Below, one piece after another: positions 10,249 through 20,736 of a DNA stretch of 64,000 bases. Origin of the DNA: an uncultured Actinomycetes bacterium (GTDB lineage: Bacteria; Actinomycetota; Thermoleophilia; UBA2241); assembly GCA_963725665.1 (NCBI GenBank), contig CAVRZA010000002.1:1-64000 (forward strand). The letters are read 5' to 3'. The notes below the pieces were generated by a model. That model did not search any database and was not told where the DNA came from. It saw nothing but the letters and a program-made list of their open reading frames with translations. How positions within the stretch are numbered: position 1 is the first letter of the stretch; each line of letters opens with the position of its first letter. The position numbers were made by a program, and so were the translations under genes.

Positions 10249-10674
10249 GCCTGGACTAGCAGATGCCGGCGCAGGCGTCGGCGAGAGCTGAGACCCCGGG
10301 CCGCTAGACCGAGCCTACACACACGAGACGGGGCGTATTGGCCACGTATTTCGTTGAACGAAGGATGGCAGCGAGGATGGTATCCGCCCTATCAAGGCGC
10401 CTGGGTCGCCTTCAGAGCTCCATGGTACGGGCTGAACTGCCTTGCCGGCCACCACGTGCTCCGCAAGAAGATGCCGCTCATGCGCGAGCTTGTGCTCACC
10501 AACCGCTGCAACCTGCATTGCCCAGCACTGTAACATGGGCGCGCGCGGCTGCCGAGACCGTCGGCGTAGTCGACGATGTCGTCGAGCCGGCGGGGTCCAT
10601 CCTGCCACCGTGAAGAGGCCACTGTTCCCGGGCGCGGCGTCATCGTCCTGGCGCCCCTCTGGCCGTCGTCTAGA

Positions 10675-10722
10675 ATGAGTTGAGCGATGACCGCACCCAT
10701 GAGTTGAGCGATGACCGCACCC
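10675..10722. repeat. Tandem direct repeat, 2 x 24 bp
   Basis: atgagttgagcgatgaccgcaccc repeated exactly twice. Confidence 0.9.
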
Positions 10723-10926
10723 GCTGCTAGAGGTTCCAGACGACTCAGCTGTCTCTCGATGTGTTCTACGGTGATAACCTGGAGGTCCTGCGCTCAAAGG
10801 GGGCTGCGAGCGCTGACTTGATGTACGTCGGCCCGCCGCTCGATGCGGGCAAGGTCCGTACTGTCGGCCTCCTGCCGAGGTAGAAGGAGCAGAAACCATG
10901 TTTCCAGCAACGAGCGCGAGCCCACC

Positions 10927-12321
10927 ATGCGACTGGATCTGATCAACCCATCCAACCCGCTTGTCAGCGTCGTTAGAGTCAAGGAGAACCGCTGGAACCG
11001 TTACCGCGTGTGGAAGCCGCTCAGCCTTATGGTTCTGGCGGGTCTGACCCCACCGGGGTGGGAGATCTCGATCGTGGACGAGAACCTCGGCGCGCCGGAC
11101 TACTCGGCCATGCCTCGGCCGGACGTGGTGGGCATTACCGCTTTCACCTCGCAGGCGAACCGCGCCTACGAAGTGGCTGCTCACTTCCGGCATCTGGGCG
11201 TCCCCGTCGTCATGGGCGGCATTCACGCGTCCGCCTGCGTAGAGGAGGTAATGGAGCGTGTTGATTCGGTGGTCACGGGGGAAGCCGAGGCGATCTGGCC
11301 GCAGGTCCTGGACGATGCCCGGCACGGCAACCTGAAACGCCGGTATGACGGAGGGCAGTGCGAGCTGAACGACGTCCCGCCGGCACGTCATGACTTGCTG
11401 CCGACGGGATATGCCTTCGGAGCCATTCAGACGACGCGCGGATGTCCATTGAACTGCAGCTTCTGCAGTGTGACGGCGTTCAACGGAGCACGCTACCGGC
11501 AACGACCCATTGCTGATGTAATGCGAGAATTTCGCTTGATTCGTGAAGATCGCGTTCTTGTCGTGGACGACAACCTGATTGGCACGCGACCTGAACACAT
11601 CGCCCGCGCCAAGGACCTGTTCCGCGCCATGGCACAGGCGCACCTGCGAAAAGAATGGATTGCCCAGGTCACCATCAACTTCGCCGATGACGAGGAACTC
11701 ATGACGTTGGCTGCAAGAGCCGGATGCAGGGGTGTCTTCATCGGCTTTGAGTCCCCCACGCCGGAAGGGCTTCGGGAGCTCGGCAAGAAGTTCAACCTTC
11801 TGGGAGACCGCGACTTTCGCGCCTCCGTACGGCGCATTCAGCAGCACAACATCTTGGTCGTGGGTTCCTTTGTCATCGGTTTGGACCTGGACGAACCGGG
11901 AATCGGCAGGCGTATCGCCGAGACGGCCAGCCGGTATGGAGTGACCAATCTCAACGCGCTGTTTCTGACACCCCTGCCCGGCACTCGCCTGTGGGACCAG
12001 ATGAAAGCGGAGAACCGCATCGCCCTTGATCAGTTCCCGGAGGACTGGAAACACTACACTCTGACGTTCCCGGTGGCCCGCTACAAGCATCTGTCGACGG
12101 ACGACATCATCGAAGAGATGTGTGCCTGCAATCGAGACTTCTACTCCATGCCTCGCATTGTCCGCCGGGCTTGCGGCAATCTGTGGGGAGGCCGCCAGCC
12201 ACTGCGAGGTCTGGTGAGCAATCTCTCATACCGAGGTAATGTTCGGCTGAGCCGCAAGGCGTGGGCTGAATTCAAGCGTCAACAGGGCACTAGGTGCGAT
12301 TCGAGAGCGTCTTTGACGTGA
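10927..12321 (+). CDS. Cobalamin-binding radical SAM protein
   Basis: N-terminal B12-binding domain (DVVGIT..VVMGGIHAS..GEAE) and TRGCPLNCSFC CxxxCxxC motif. Confidence 0.9.
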   Translation: MRLDLINPSNPLVSVVRVKENRWNRYRVWKPLSLMVLAGLTPPGWEISIVDENLGAPDYSAMPRPDVVGITAFTSQANRAYEVAAHFRHLGVPVVMGGIHASACVEEVMERVDSVVTGEAEAIWPQVLDDARHGNLKRRYDGGQCELNDVPPARHDLLPTGYAFGAIQTTRGCPLNCSFCSVTAFNGARYRQRPIADVMREFRLIREDRVLVVDDNLIGTRPEHIARAKDLFRAMAQAHLRKEWIAQVTINFADDEELMTLAARAGCRGVFIGFESPTPEGLRELGKKFNLLGDRDFRASVRRIQQHNILVVGSFVIGLDLDEPGIGRRIAETASRYGVTNLNALFLTPLPGTRLWDQMKAENRIALDQFPEDWKHYTLTFPVARYKHLSTDDIIEEMCACNRDFYSMPRIVRRACGNLWGGRQPLRGLVSNLSYRGNVRLSRKAWAEFKRQQGTRCDSRASLT

Positions 12322-12379
12322 AGGACCTCCGTCTCCGGGCGCCGACGCGGGTGTGCGCGCAGGTGGTCGCGCAGGGTGC

Positions 12380-13261
12380 ATGAAGATCCATCTGGTGGAC
12401 GGGACCTACGAGCTCTTTCGCAGCTACTTCGGCTCCCCTTCGAGGAAGGGCTCCGACGGTCGTGAGGTCGGCGCGACCGTCGGCCTCCTGAGGAGTCTCG
12501 TCTCGCTCGTTTCAACGCCCGGCGTAACGCACGTCGCCTGCGCCTTCGACCACGTGATCGAATCCTTCCGCAACGATCTCTTTCCTGGATACAAGACTGG
12601 CGAGGGCGTCGAGACAGACCTGCTGGATCAGTTCCCTCTGGCGGAAAGAGCCGTCGCTGCGCTTGGCATCGTGGTCTGGTCCATGGTGGAGTTCGAGGCC
12701 GACGATGCCCTGGCAACCGGTGCGGCCCGCTTCAAGGGCCAGCCGGGCGTCGAGCAGATCGTGATCTGTTCGCCCGACAAGGACCTGGCACAGTCGGTCT
12801 CCGGCGTGAGTGTCGTTTGCTGGGACCGTCGCCGCGGCGTCTTCCTGGATGAGGAAGGCGTGATCGCCAAGTTCGGCGTCCGACCACACTCCATGCCGGA
12901 TTGGCTGGCGCTGGTGGGGGACGCCGCTGACGGTTATCCGGGGATTCCCGCCTGGGGAGCCAAGTCGGCCGCGGCGGCACTTAGGCGATTCGATCATCTC
13001 GAGTCCATCCCGGAAGACCCCCAGCGATTGGGCCTTCCCCTTGGACGCGCTGCCCGCCTCGTCGAGAGCTTGGCGGCCCACCGTCAAGAGGCCCTTCTCT
13101 ACCGACGCTTGGCACGCCTCCGAGGCGATGTTCCACTGCAGGAAGGGATCGCCGATCTCGAGTGGCGCGGTGCGAGGGCGGGGTTCGGTGAGGTCTGCCG
13201 CGAATTGGGCGATCGGGACCTGCCGCAGCGCATCACCAGACGCCGAGACACTGCTGCTTAG
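12380..13261 (+). CDS. Stand-alone 5'-3' exonuclease / flap endonuclease
   Basis: HLVDGT, FRNDLFPGYK, EADDALAT, SPDKDLAQ, LVGDAADGYPGIP H3TH motifs. Confidence 0.92.
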   Translation: MKIHLVDGTYELFRSYFGSPSRKGSDGREVGATVGLLRSLVSLVSTPGVTHVACAFDHVIESFRNDLFPGYKTGEGVETDLLDQFPLAERAVAALGIVVWSMVEFEADDALATGAARFKGQPGVEQIVICSPDKDLAQSVSGVSVVCWDRRRGVFLDEEGVIAKFGVRPHSMPDWLALVGDAADGYPGIPAWGAKSAAAALRRFDHLESIPEDPQRLGLPLGRAARLVESLAAHRQEALLYRRLARLRGDVPLQEGIADLEWRGARAGFGEVCRELGDRDLPQRITRRRDTAA

Positions 13262-13416
13262 AGGATTGCCAAGCCCTCGTCGAAGAGCCGCCGGCCCGGG
13301 CGGCCCGGCGGCAGTCGCGCCGCTGCTATCGACGCGTTCGTCGACGGGTTTTCGACTCGGGCCGCAGAGGAACCATGCCGGCAAGTCCCATCCGTGAACA
13401 ATCTGGCGAGGAGACG

Positions 13417-13800
13417 ATGATGGCTTCCGCAATCACCTGGTTCCAGATCCCTGCGACCGATATGGAACGCGCGAAGACGTTCTACGAGACGATCTGCGGT
13501 TTCTCGCTGGAGAAGCTGGACAGCCCGCCCGAGATGCAGATGTGGAGCTTTCCCGCCGACTGGCGTAGCGGCGAGATCAGTGGTGCCGTCGTGGCCGGCG
13601 AGGGTGCTGTACCCAGCGCCACCGGCACGGCGGTCTTCCTCAACGCCAACCCCGATCTGCAAGTCGTGCTCGACCGCGTCGAAGGTGCCGGCGGCAAGAT
13701 CCTCATGCCCAAGACGGCCATCGGCATGGAGGACTCCGGCTACTTCGCCATGATCTCGGACACCGAGGGCAACACGGTCGGGCTTCATTCGCAGGGGTGA
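13417..13800 (+). CDS. VOC/glyoxalase family protein
   Basis: ITWFQIPATDMERAKTFY...DTEGNTVGLHS. Confidence 0.9.
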   Translation: MMASAITWFQIPATDMERAKTFYETICGFSLEKLDSPPEMQMWSFPADWRSGEISGAVVAGEGAVPSATGTAVFLNANPDLQVVLDRVEGAGGKILMPKTAIGMEDSGYFAMISDTEGNTVGLHSQG

Positions 13801-14096
13801 CACGGCGGGACGCACGGTCGTCCCGAAGCACATCGTCGTTCTTCGAAGGCTCGCCACAGCTCAGCCCAGCTTGGCACGAGTGTCAATGAGCCGCGCAGGC
13901 GCCTGACCGCGCGGCTCGATCGTCCACGGCCAGCCACAGTCACGCCCGCCGCGTGATTCCCAGACCTGCTGTCGCCGGTTCGATCCCAGGTAGGACATCG
14001 GTCAAACTCCGGCCCTCCAGTTCGCGGGTTGCGGAGTCGTCGTTCACCACGTATTTTACGTTGCTGACGTTCATTCCGCGTCAAGACGGAGAGCAC

Positions 14097-14618
14097 ATGG
14101 ACGAGCGACAGAGGGCTCGCGAGCAGAGGCTCCTCGCCGAGGAGTTCGGGTTGCTCTACGAAGAGCTGGGCGGCACCCGGATGGCCGGCCGCGTCGCCGC
14201 CTGGCTGCTGCTGAGCGATCCGCCGGTGCAGTCGCTCACGGACATCGCGGGCGCGCTCGGAGTCAGCAAGGCGGCCGTGAGCACGGCGGCGCGCTCGCTG
14301 CTCCAGGCCGGTCACGTGGAACGCGTGAGCGAGCCGGGCAGGCGCGGCGACTACTATCGGTCCCGCGGCACGCGCAACGACGCAGTGCTGCAACTTGACC
14401 ACATACAGGCGATGGGAAGGCTCATTCACCGCTGCCTTCGTCTCGTCGCCGACAAGGATCAAACGCAGTCCAACTACGCGCTGCTTCACGAGATGGGGAA
14501 CTTCCTCGATTTCCTCGAGACCGAGGTCCCCGGGCTCGTGGAGCGCTGGCAGACCGTGCGTGCCGCGAGGCAGACCGCCGACGTCGATGACACCCCTGAC
14601 CGTGGAGGCGACTCTTGA
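14097..14618 (+). CDS. GbsR/MarR family transcriptional regulator
   Basis: RMAGRVAAWLL..SLTDIAGALGVSKAAVS..PGRRGDYY winged helix. Confidence 0.85.
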   Translation: MDERQRAREQRLLAEEFGLLYEELGGTRMAGRVAAWLLLSDPPVQSLTDIAGALGVSKAAVSTAARSLLQAGHVERVSEPGRRGDYYRSRGTRNDAVLQLDHIQAMGRLIHRCLRLVADKDQTQSNYALLHEMGNFLDFLETEVPGLVERWQTVRAARQTADVDDTPDRGGDS

Positions 14619-17600
14619 GCTGGCTGACGAAGATCTCGTTGCGCAACCGATCAATCGTCGGCCTAGTGGTCGTCGCCTTGATCGTCGCGGGGGTGTACGC
14701 CGTCTCCTCCCTCAAGCAAGAGCTCATCCCGGACCTCACATTCCCCTACCTCACCGTGTTCACAGTCGACCAGGGGTCTTCGCCGGCCGCCGTCGAGCGC
14801 ACTGTGACCACGCCGCTCGAGCAGGCGATCAAGACATCGAGCGGCGTGAAGCAGTTCGATTCGTTCTCCAACGACGGCATGAGCATCATCACCGTGGAGT
14901 ACGAGTTCGGGACGGACATGAAGGCCAAGGAGGCCGAGGTACAGCAAGCGGTAGCGGCGATCCCGCTGCCGGCAACAGCCCTGACTCCCGAGGTCGCGGC
15001 CCTCAACTTCAACAGCCTGCCGGTCGTGCAGCTGGCCGTGTCGTCGTCGCTGCCCTCCCAGCAACTGGCGGCGCTCCTCGGCGCGCGCGTGGTGCCGCGT
15101 CTGCAGGCCATCGACGGCGTCCAGGCTGTGACTCTGTCGGGCGTGCAGCAGATGCAGCTCGAGATCAGGCTCAAGGCGCAGAAGGCCGCGGTGCTGGGCG
15201 TCTCGCCCACGCAGATCATGGCGGCTCTTCAGCAGGCCAACCTGACCACCGGGGCCGGGTCGGTGACGTCCGGAAGCATCGTCTATCCCATCACCGTCAG
15301 CGCCAGAGCCGAGACGGTCAGGGCGATCGAGAATCTGGTGCTGCCGGTCGCGACTGTTGCGCTGAGCGATGGCACCGCCGCGAGCTGCGGCGTCGGCATC
15401 GGCGGCCGGCGCGGCCGGCGTGACTGCCGTCGCGCCGGCCGCAGCGCCCGTCACGATCGGCGACGTCGCCGTCGTGCACATAGCGGCCGCGCCGCTCACG
15501 GCGATCACGCGCACCAACGGCCAAGCGTCCATCGGCATCTCGGTGAGCAAGTCGTCTAGCGGCAACACTGTGGACATTGCCAACGCCGTCGCCGACGCGC
15601 TGCCGGCGATCTCGCGGGACCTGGGCGGCAAGGCTCAGGTGACCACGGTCATCGATCAATCCGTTTTCATCAAGGACAGCATCCGCTCGCTGTGGCAAGA
15701 GGGGCTCCTGGGAGCGGTGTTCGCGGTGCTCATCATCTGGGTCTTCCTGCGCAGCTGGCGCCCGACCCTCATCGCGAGCCTCTCGATCCCCCTCAGTGTG
15801 ATCGGCGCGCTCATCATCCTGTACTCGCGCGGCGGGTCGTTGAACATGCTGACACTCGGGGGCCTCACCATCGCCATCGGCCGCGTGATCGACGACTCCA
15901 TCGTCGTGATCGAGAACATCTACCGGCATCTGCAGGAGGGCGACGACGTGCGGCGCGCGGCCTACACCGGCACGCGCGAGGTGGCCGGCGCCATCACGGC
16001 GAGCACGCTCACCACGGTCGCCGTCTTCCTGCCCCTGGGGCTCGTCCATGGGCTGGCGTCCGAGTTCTTCCGGCCTTTCGCCCTCACGGTGACGTTCGCC
16101 CTGCTCTGCAGCCTCGGGGTAGCGCTCATGGTCGTCCCGGTGGCGGCGACCTGGGTGCTCTCCAAGCGACACGTGGGCCACCGCGACGCCAAGGAGCTGA
16201 CGCGCCTGCAGAACGCATACCTGCCCGCTCTCAAGCTGGGTCTCGAGCACAAGGCTGTCACGATCATCGCCGCCGTCGCGATCTTCGTCGGTGCGATGGC
16301 GCTGACTCCTCTGCTCAAGGTCAACTTGTTCGACAACTCCGAGCAGAACACCATGAGCATCACCCAGACCATGCCGCCGGGCACGAGCCTCGACGCCACT
16401 ATGGCGGCCGCCGCCAAGGTCGAGGACGTCCTGAAGAGCACCGACGGCGTGGACATCTACCAAGTGACCGCCGGCAGCACGGGCAGCCTCTTCGGCGCCG
16501 GCGGCGGCACCAGTGCCTCGTCTAGCCTGGCGACATTCGCCATCACCACCGATCCGGCGATGGACAAGAACGCCATCGTGGAGCGAGTACGCGCCGAGGT
16601 CGCGAAGCTGACCGATGTGGGCACCGTGACGGTGACTGGAGAGGATTCCTCTATGGGCAGCACGTCGCTGATCGAGGTGCGGATCTCGGCCGCCGACCCC
16701 GCAGTGCTCAAGGCGGCCAACGACGCCGTCCTCGCCCGCATGAAGACCGTAGAGGGCCTCGCCGACGTGACGTCCAACCTGAGCGAGGGTCGTCCGTCGG
16801 CGACGGTGTTGGTAGACCAGGCCAAGGCCACCGTTGCCGGCGTGAGTGCCTCGACGCTCAGCCAGTACACCACGCTGGTGCTCAACGGCTACAGCCTAGG
16901 CACGATGCCCATCGACGGCGGGGTGCTGCCGGCCGTCTTGACCGTGGGCGAGATCACGGTGCCACCCAACCCCGGGGCCGTGAGCGACGTGCTGCAGCAG
17001 CTCCAGATGCCTGGGGCGACCGGCATGGTGCCGCTCGGCTCCGTAGCGACGATCGCCGAGGTGAAGGCGCCGGTGCAGGTCACGCATGTGGACGGCGAGC
17101 GTACAGCGAGCGTGACGGCCACCCCCGTCGAGAACAACATCGGCGCGGCCTCCTCGGCCGTGAGGGCCGCACTCGCGCAGGTCGACATGCCTGCGGGCGC
17201 CACCTGGGAGCTCGCCGGCGCCACCGAGGTGACCGGCGAGGTGTTCCGTTCGCTGGGCATCGCCATGCTGGTCGCCATCCTTCTGGTGTACGTCATCATG
17301 GTGGCGACCTTCCGCAGCCTCATGAACCCGCTCATCCTGCTCGTCAGCATCCCGTTCGCCGCCGTCGGCGCCGTGATCCTCCTGCTGATCACCGGCACGA
17401 GCCTGGGCATGCCGAGCCTCGTCGGTCTCCTCATGCTCATCGGCATCGTGGTGACCAACGCGATCGTGTTGCTCGATCTCGTGGAGCAGTTCCGGCGCAG
17501 GGGCATGGACGCCCGCAGCGCCGTGATCGAGGGGGGGCGGCGGCGCCTGCGTCCCATCCTCATGACCGCGGTGGCGACGATCCTCGCCCTCACCCCGATG

Positions 17601-17801
17601 GCGATCGGCATCGGTGGCAAGGGGGGCTTTCTGTCTACACCGCTGGCCGTCGTCGTCATCGGCGGGCTGTTCACCTCCACGTTCCTGACGCTGATCCTGG
17701 TGCCGGTGCTCTACATGGCGCTCGACCGGTTGCGGCCGGCGAACGCATACGAGGCCCAGGATTGGCATGATGAGCCGGCAGTCGGGATCGCCGGGGAGTA
17801 G
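14615..17801 (+). CDS. AcrB/SwrC-family RND efflux permease, split by a frameshift near 15350-15400
   Basis: ORFs 14615-15559 and 15369-17801 give complementary halves; IGRVIDDSIVVIENI, GIVVTNAIVL and RLRPILMT motifs. Confidence 0.88.
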
Positions 17802-17839
17802 ACTCGGCCCCAGAGCGTCGCCGCGGCTATACTGGGTTC

Positions 17840-19375
17840 GTGCCGCTGATCACTCGCATCGGCCCCGACGAGCTCTACGCGCGACGCTGGCAGCTGCTCG
17901 CCCTCACGTCGGTGGGCGCCTTCATGGGTCCGCTCGACGCCTCCATCGTCTCGGTGGCGCTGCCCCAGATGGCCCCGAGTCTCCATCTGAGCTTCACGGC
18001 CTCCATCTGGGTCCAGGCGGTCTATCTGCTCGTGATGGCGGTGCTCCTCATCCCGCTGGGGCGTCTGGCCGACCAGCGGGGACGGGTGCACTACTACCTC
18101 GCCGGCATTGCGATCTTCACCGCCGGCTCGCTCTCCGCGGCGTTGAGTATGAACGCGGCCTGGCTCATCGCCAGCCGTGCCGTGCAGGGAGCCGGCGCCG
18201 CGCTGCTCGGGGCCACCTCCGTCGCGATCGTCACCGCCGTGTTCCCCCCGCAGGAGCGCGGCCGCGCTTTGGGCTTCAACGTCACGGCGGTCTACCTCGG
18301 TCTGAGCGTGGGGCCGCCCCTGGGCGGCTTCCTCACCGACCACCTGGGGTGGCGATCGATCTTCTTGGTCAACCTGCCCATCGGTATCGCGGTCGCGGGC
18401 TGCGGCTACCTCCTTCTGCCCCGCCACGAGCGCGGCGACGAACGCGCCCTGCGTCCCGACCCCGTCGGCACGGTCCTGTGGGGCCTGACTCTCGTCTGCC
18501 TGCTGGTGCCGCTGACCTTCGCCGCACAGTGGGGCTGGACGTCACCCCGCACGCTGGGCCTGCTGGGAGTCGCCGTCGTCAGCGCGGTGGCCTTCGTCGT
18601 GGCCGAGCTGCGCGCCCACGATCCGATGCTCGATCTCGACTTGCTGTTCCACAATCGGCTCTTCGCGGCCGCGAACACCGCCTCCCTGCTCAACTACATG
18701 GCCCTCGGAGCGATCAGTATCCTGACGGCTGTCTACCTCGAGGTCGTACAGGGACGCTCGGCGAGCCTCACCGGTTGGCTCATGCTCGCCCAGCCGGCCA
18801 TGATGGCGGCGCTGAGTCCCTTCAGCGGACGTCTGAGCGACAGGGTCGGGTCTCGCGTGCTGTCGAGCGTCGGCATGGTCATCGTGGCCGCTGGGATGCT
18901 GCTTCTCGCCACCCTCCCGACTACTTCGAGCTTGGCGCGCGTCATCGTCAGCCTGGCTGTGGTCGGCCTCGGCATGGCCGCCTTCAGCGCCCCCAACGTG
19001 AGCGCCATCATGGGCAGCGTCGAGAAGCGCCAGCTCGGTATCGCCAGCGCCTTCATGGGCACCACACGTGTCACCGGACAGGCGCTGAGCGTGGCGGTCC
19101 TGGGCGGTATCGCGGCCAGCAGCCTGGGACCACTGGGCGGCCGTCTGCTGCTGACCCACGGTGCGAGCGTCGCCGGCCAGAGCAATGCCGCGGCGCAGGT
19201 TGCCGCCGCCTACGTGCTGCACCACTACGCCCACGGGTACCACTACGCCATGCTCACCGGCGCCGGCCTCGCTCTCGTTGGTGCGCTCGCCTCACTGACG
19301 CGCGGCCAGCATGTGCCGGCGACCGTGGCCGGCGGACCACGGCCTCCAGGCGAAGAGGCGCGGGCAGGCTCGTGA
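17840..19375 (+). CDS. MFS drug:H+ antiporter (DHA2, 14-TM type)
   Basis: LDASIVSVALP, GRLADQRGR, WRSIFLVNLPIG motifs. Confidence 0.9.
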   Translation: MPLITRIGPDELYARRWQLLALTSVGAFMGPLDASIVSVALPQMAPSLHLSFTASIWVQAVYLLVMAVLLIPLGRLADQRGRVHYYLAGIAIFTAGSLSAALSMNAAWLIASRAVQGAGAALLGATSVAIVTAVFPPQERGRALGFNVTAVYLGLSVGPPLGGFLTDHLGWRSIFLVNLPIGIAVAGCGYLLLPRHERGDERALRPDPVGTVLWGLTLVCLLVPLTFAAQWGWTSPRTLGLLGVAVVSAVAFVVAELRAHDPMLDLDLLFHNRLFAAANTASLLNYMALGAISILTAVYLEVVQGRSASLTGWLMLAQPAMMAALSPFSGRLSDRVGSRVLSSVGMVIVAAGMLLLATLPTTSSLARVIVSLAVVGLGMAAFSAPNVSAIMGSVEKRQLGIASAFMGTTRVTGQALSVAVLGGIAASSLGPLGGRLLLTHGASVAGQSNAAAQVAAAYVLHHYAHGYHYAMLTGAGLALVGALASLTRGQHVPATVAGGPRPPGEEARAGS

Positions 19376-19520
19376 AGGATCGCTAGGGGGCTTCATCGCC
19401 CGCGGGGCGTCGGTGGCTGGGTGTCGTCGCGCCGTGCCACCGTCGCTCTTGCGAGAGACTTCACGAGGTCCAGCGCAGCCCCGATATCCTGCGCGATCAT
19501 TGCGCTTGCGAGCGTGACTC

Positions 19521-19554
19521 GGGGGCCCCGCCGACGTCCGTCAGCGGGGCCCCC
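19521..19554. terminator. GC-rich hairpin
   Basis: gggggccccgc...gcggggccccc downstream of the MFS gene. Confidence 0.5.
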
Positions 19555-19647
19555 TCTCCGTTTTCGCACCTTGAGTGGCAGACGAGGGAGAGGCGCGGCG
19601 GTGCGGTTCAACGGCCGCACCCCGCCCTCTGCCAGCCCACGTTGCCG

Positions 19648-19800
19648 ATGGCAATGACCCAGACGAGCTTGCCGCCTGTGACGGGCGCGGGGGCGTACCC
19701 TCCTACGTGGCCTGCGCGGGCAGGGTATACGACGTCGGCGAGAGCTTCGTGTGGCGGCGCGGCCGGCAGATGGCAACGCAGAAGAGGCCCGCGTCGCAGC
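19648..19800 (+). pseudogene. Cytochrome b5-like heme/steroid-binding domain fragment
   Basis: DELAACDGRGGVPSYVACAGRVYDVGESFVWRRG; start is out of frame and the sequence is truncated. Confidence 0.55.
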
Positions 19801-19871
19801 GGGTCGTTCCGCTGCCGGCGACGAAGCGGCGTCGAGCCACCAACAGAGCCCCCGTCAGAGCGCGGCCCCTG

Positions 19872-20510
19872 CTACGGTCTCCTCCAGGCTGCGGCGAACT
19901 CCCGCACGGCGGACTCCGTGAGAGGGTGCGCCGGGAGACCGACCAAGACCTCGAGCGGGGCCGTGACGTCGTGTGCGCCGTGGAGTATCGACTCCACCAC
20001 TTGTGGGCCGTTCTTCAAGCTGGCGGCGAGGATGCGCGTGCTGCTCTGCAGCCGCGCGAGGATCGCCGCCAGCTCTTCAACGACGCCACCCGCCGAATGC
20101 CGGGCCGCTCTGTCGACGTAGGGGATGATCCAGACGCAGCCCACCTCGTGAGCGAGCAGCGCCTGGGCGGGCGAGTAGACGGCGGTGAGGGCGCAGCGGA
20201 TGCCGTCGTCGGCAAGGGAGGCAGCCAGCTTGATGGCGTCCAGCGTAGCGGGCAGCTTGGCGACGACGCGGTCCGGCGCGAGTGCCGCGGCGGCTCGCGC
20301 CTCGTCGTTCATCTCGGCGAACGAGGTGCCCGTCGGCTCATAGCAGATCGGGCCGCCGGGGAAGGCGCTCAGAAGCCGCTCGAGATGAGTGACCGGCTCC
20401 TTCGTCTCCCGGGCCATGAGTGCCGGGTTCGTGGTGATGCCACGGACGAAGCCGAGCTCGGCAGCCGCCGCCGCGTCGTCCAGGGATGCTGAGTCAAGCA
20501 AGACCGTCAT
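19872..20510 (-). CDS. Transaldolase / fructose-6-phosphate aldolase family protein
   Basis: LLDSA, GITTNP, VAKLP Schiff-base Lys, PYVDR, ILAASLK. Confidence 0.88.
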   Translation of the reverse strand: MTVLLDSASLDDAAAAAELGFVRGITTNPALMARETKEPVTHLERLLSAFPGGPICYEPTGTSFAEMNDEARAAAALAPDRVVAKLPATLDAIKLAASLADDGIRCALTAVYSPAQALLAHEVGCVWIIPYVDRAARHSAGGVVEELAAILARLQSSTRILAASLKNGPQVVESILHGAHDVTAPLEVLVGLPAHPLTESAVREFAAAWRRP

Positions 20511-20636
20511 GGTGCCCTTCCAGTCTCCTCGGTTCGCGAGTGAACATGAGCGGGGGCCGCTGTGGCCTGTCCCCGCCAGCGCAAGACTGGCACCATCCGT
20601 TTGCTGCTTCAAGCGTCGCACGCGGGCGGCGGGTAT

Positions 20637-20721
20637 AGAGAGACGGTGGTCCGGTAGAGAAGAGAGACGGTGGTCCGGTAGAGAGACGGCGGTCCGCCGC
20701 CGGCGGTCCGCCGCCTCTCTC
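20637..20721. repeat. Short iterated repeats merging into a hairpin downstream of the HtrA gene
   Basis: agagagacggtggtccggt x2 plus a variant, ggcggtccgccgcc x2, closing tctctc. Confidence 0.7.
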
Positions 20722-20736
20722 GAATCGCCTTGGGAC

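Noticed and set aside
10927-12321. Menaquinone methyltransferase (MenK/MqnK) call
   Set aside because: This is a B12-binding radical SAM protein far from the mqn genes; MenK/MqnK are HemN-like class C enzymes.
20637-20721. Short direct repeats as a CRISPR array (also 10675-10722)
   Set aside because: Only 2-3 copies, no unique spacers and no cas genes.
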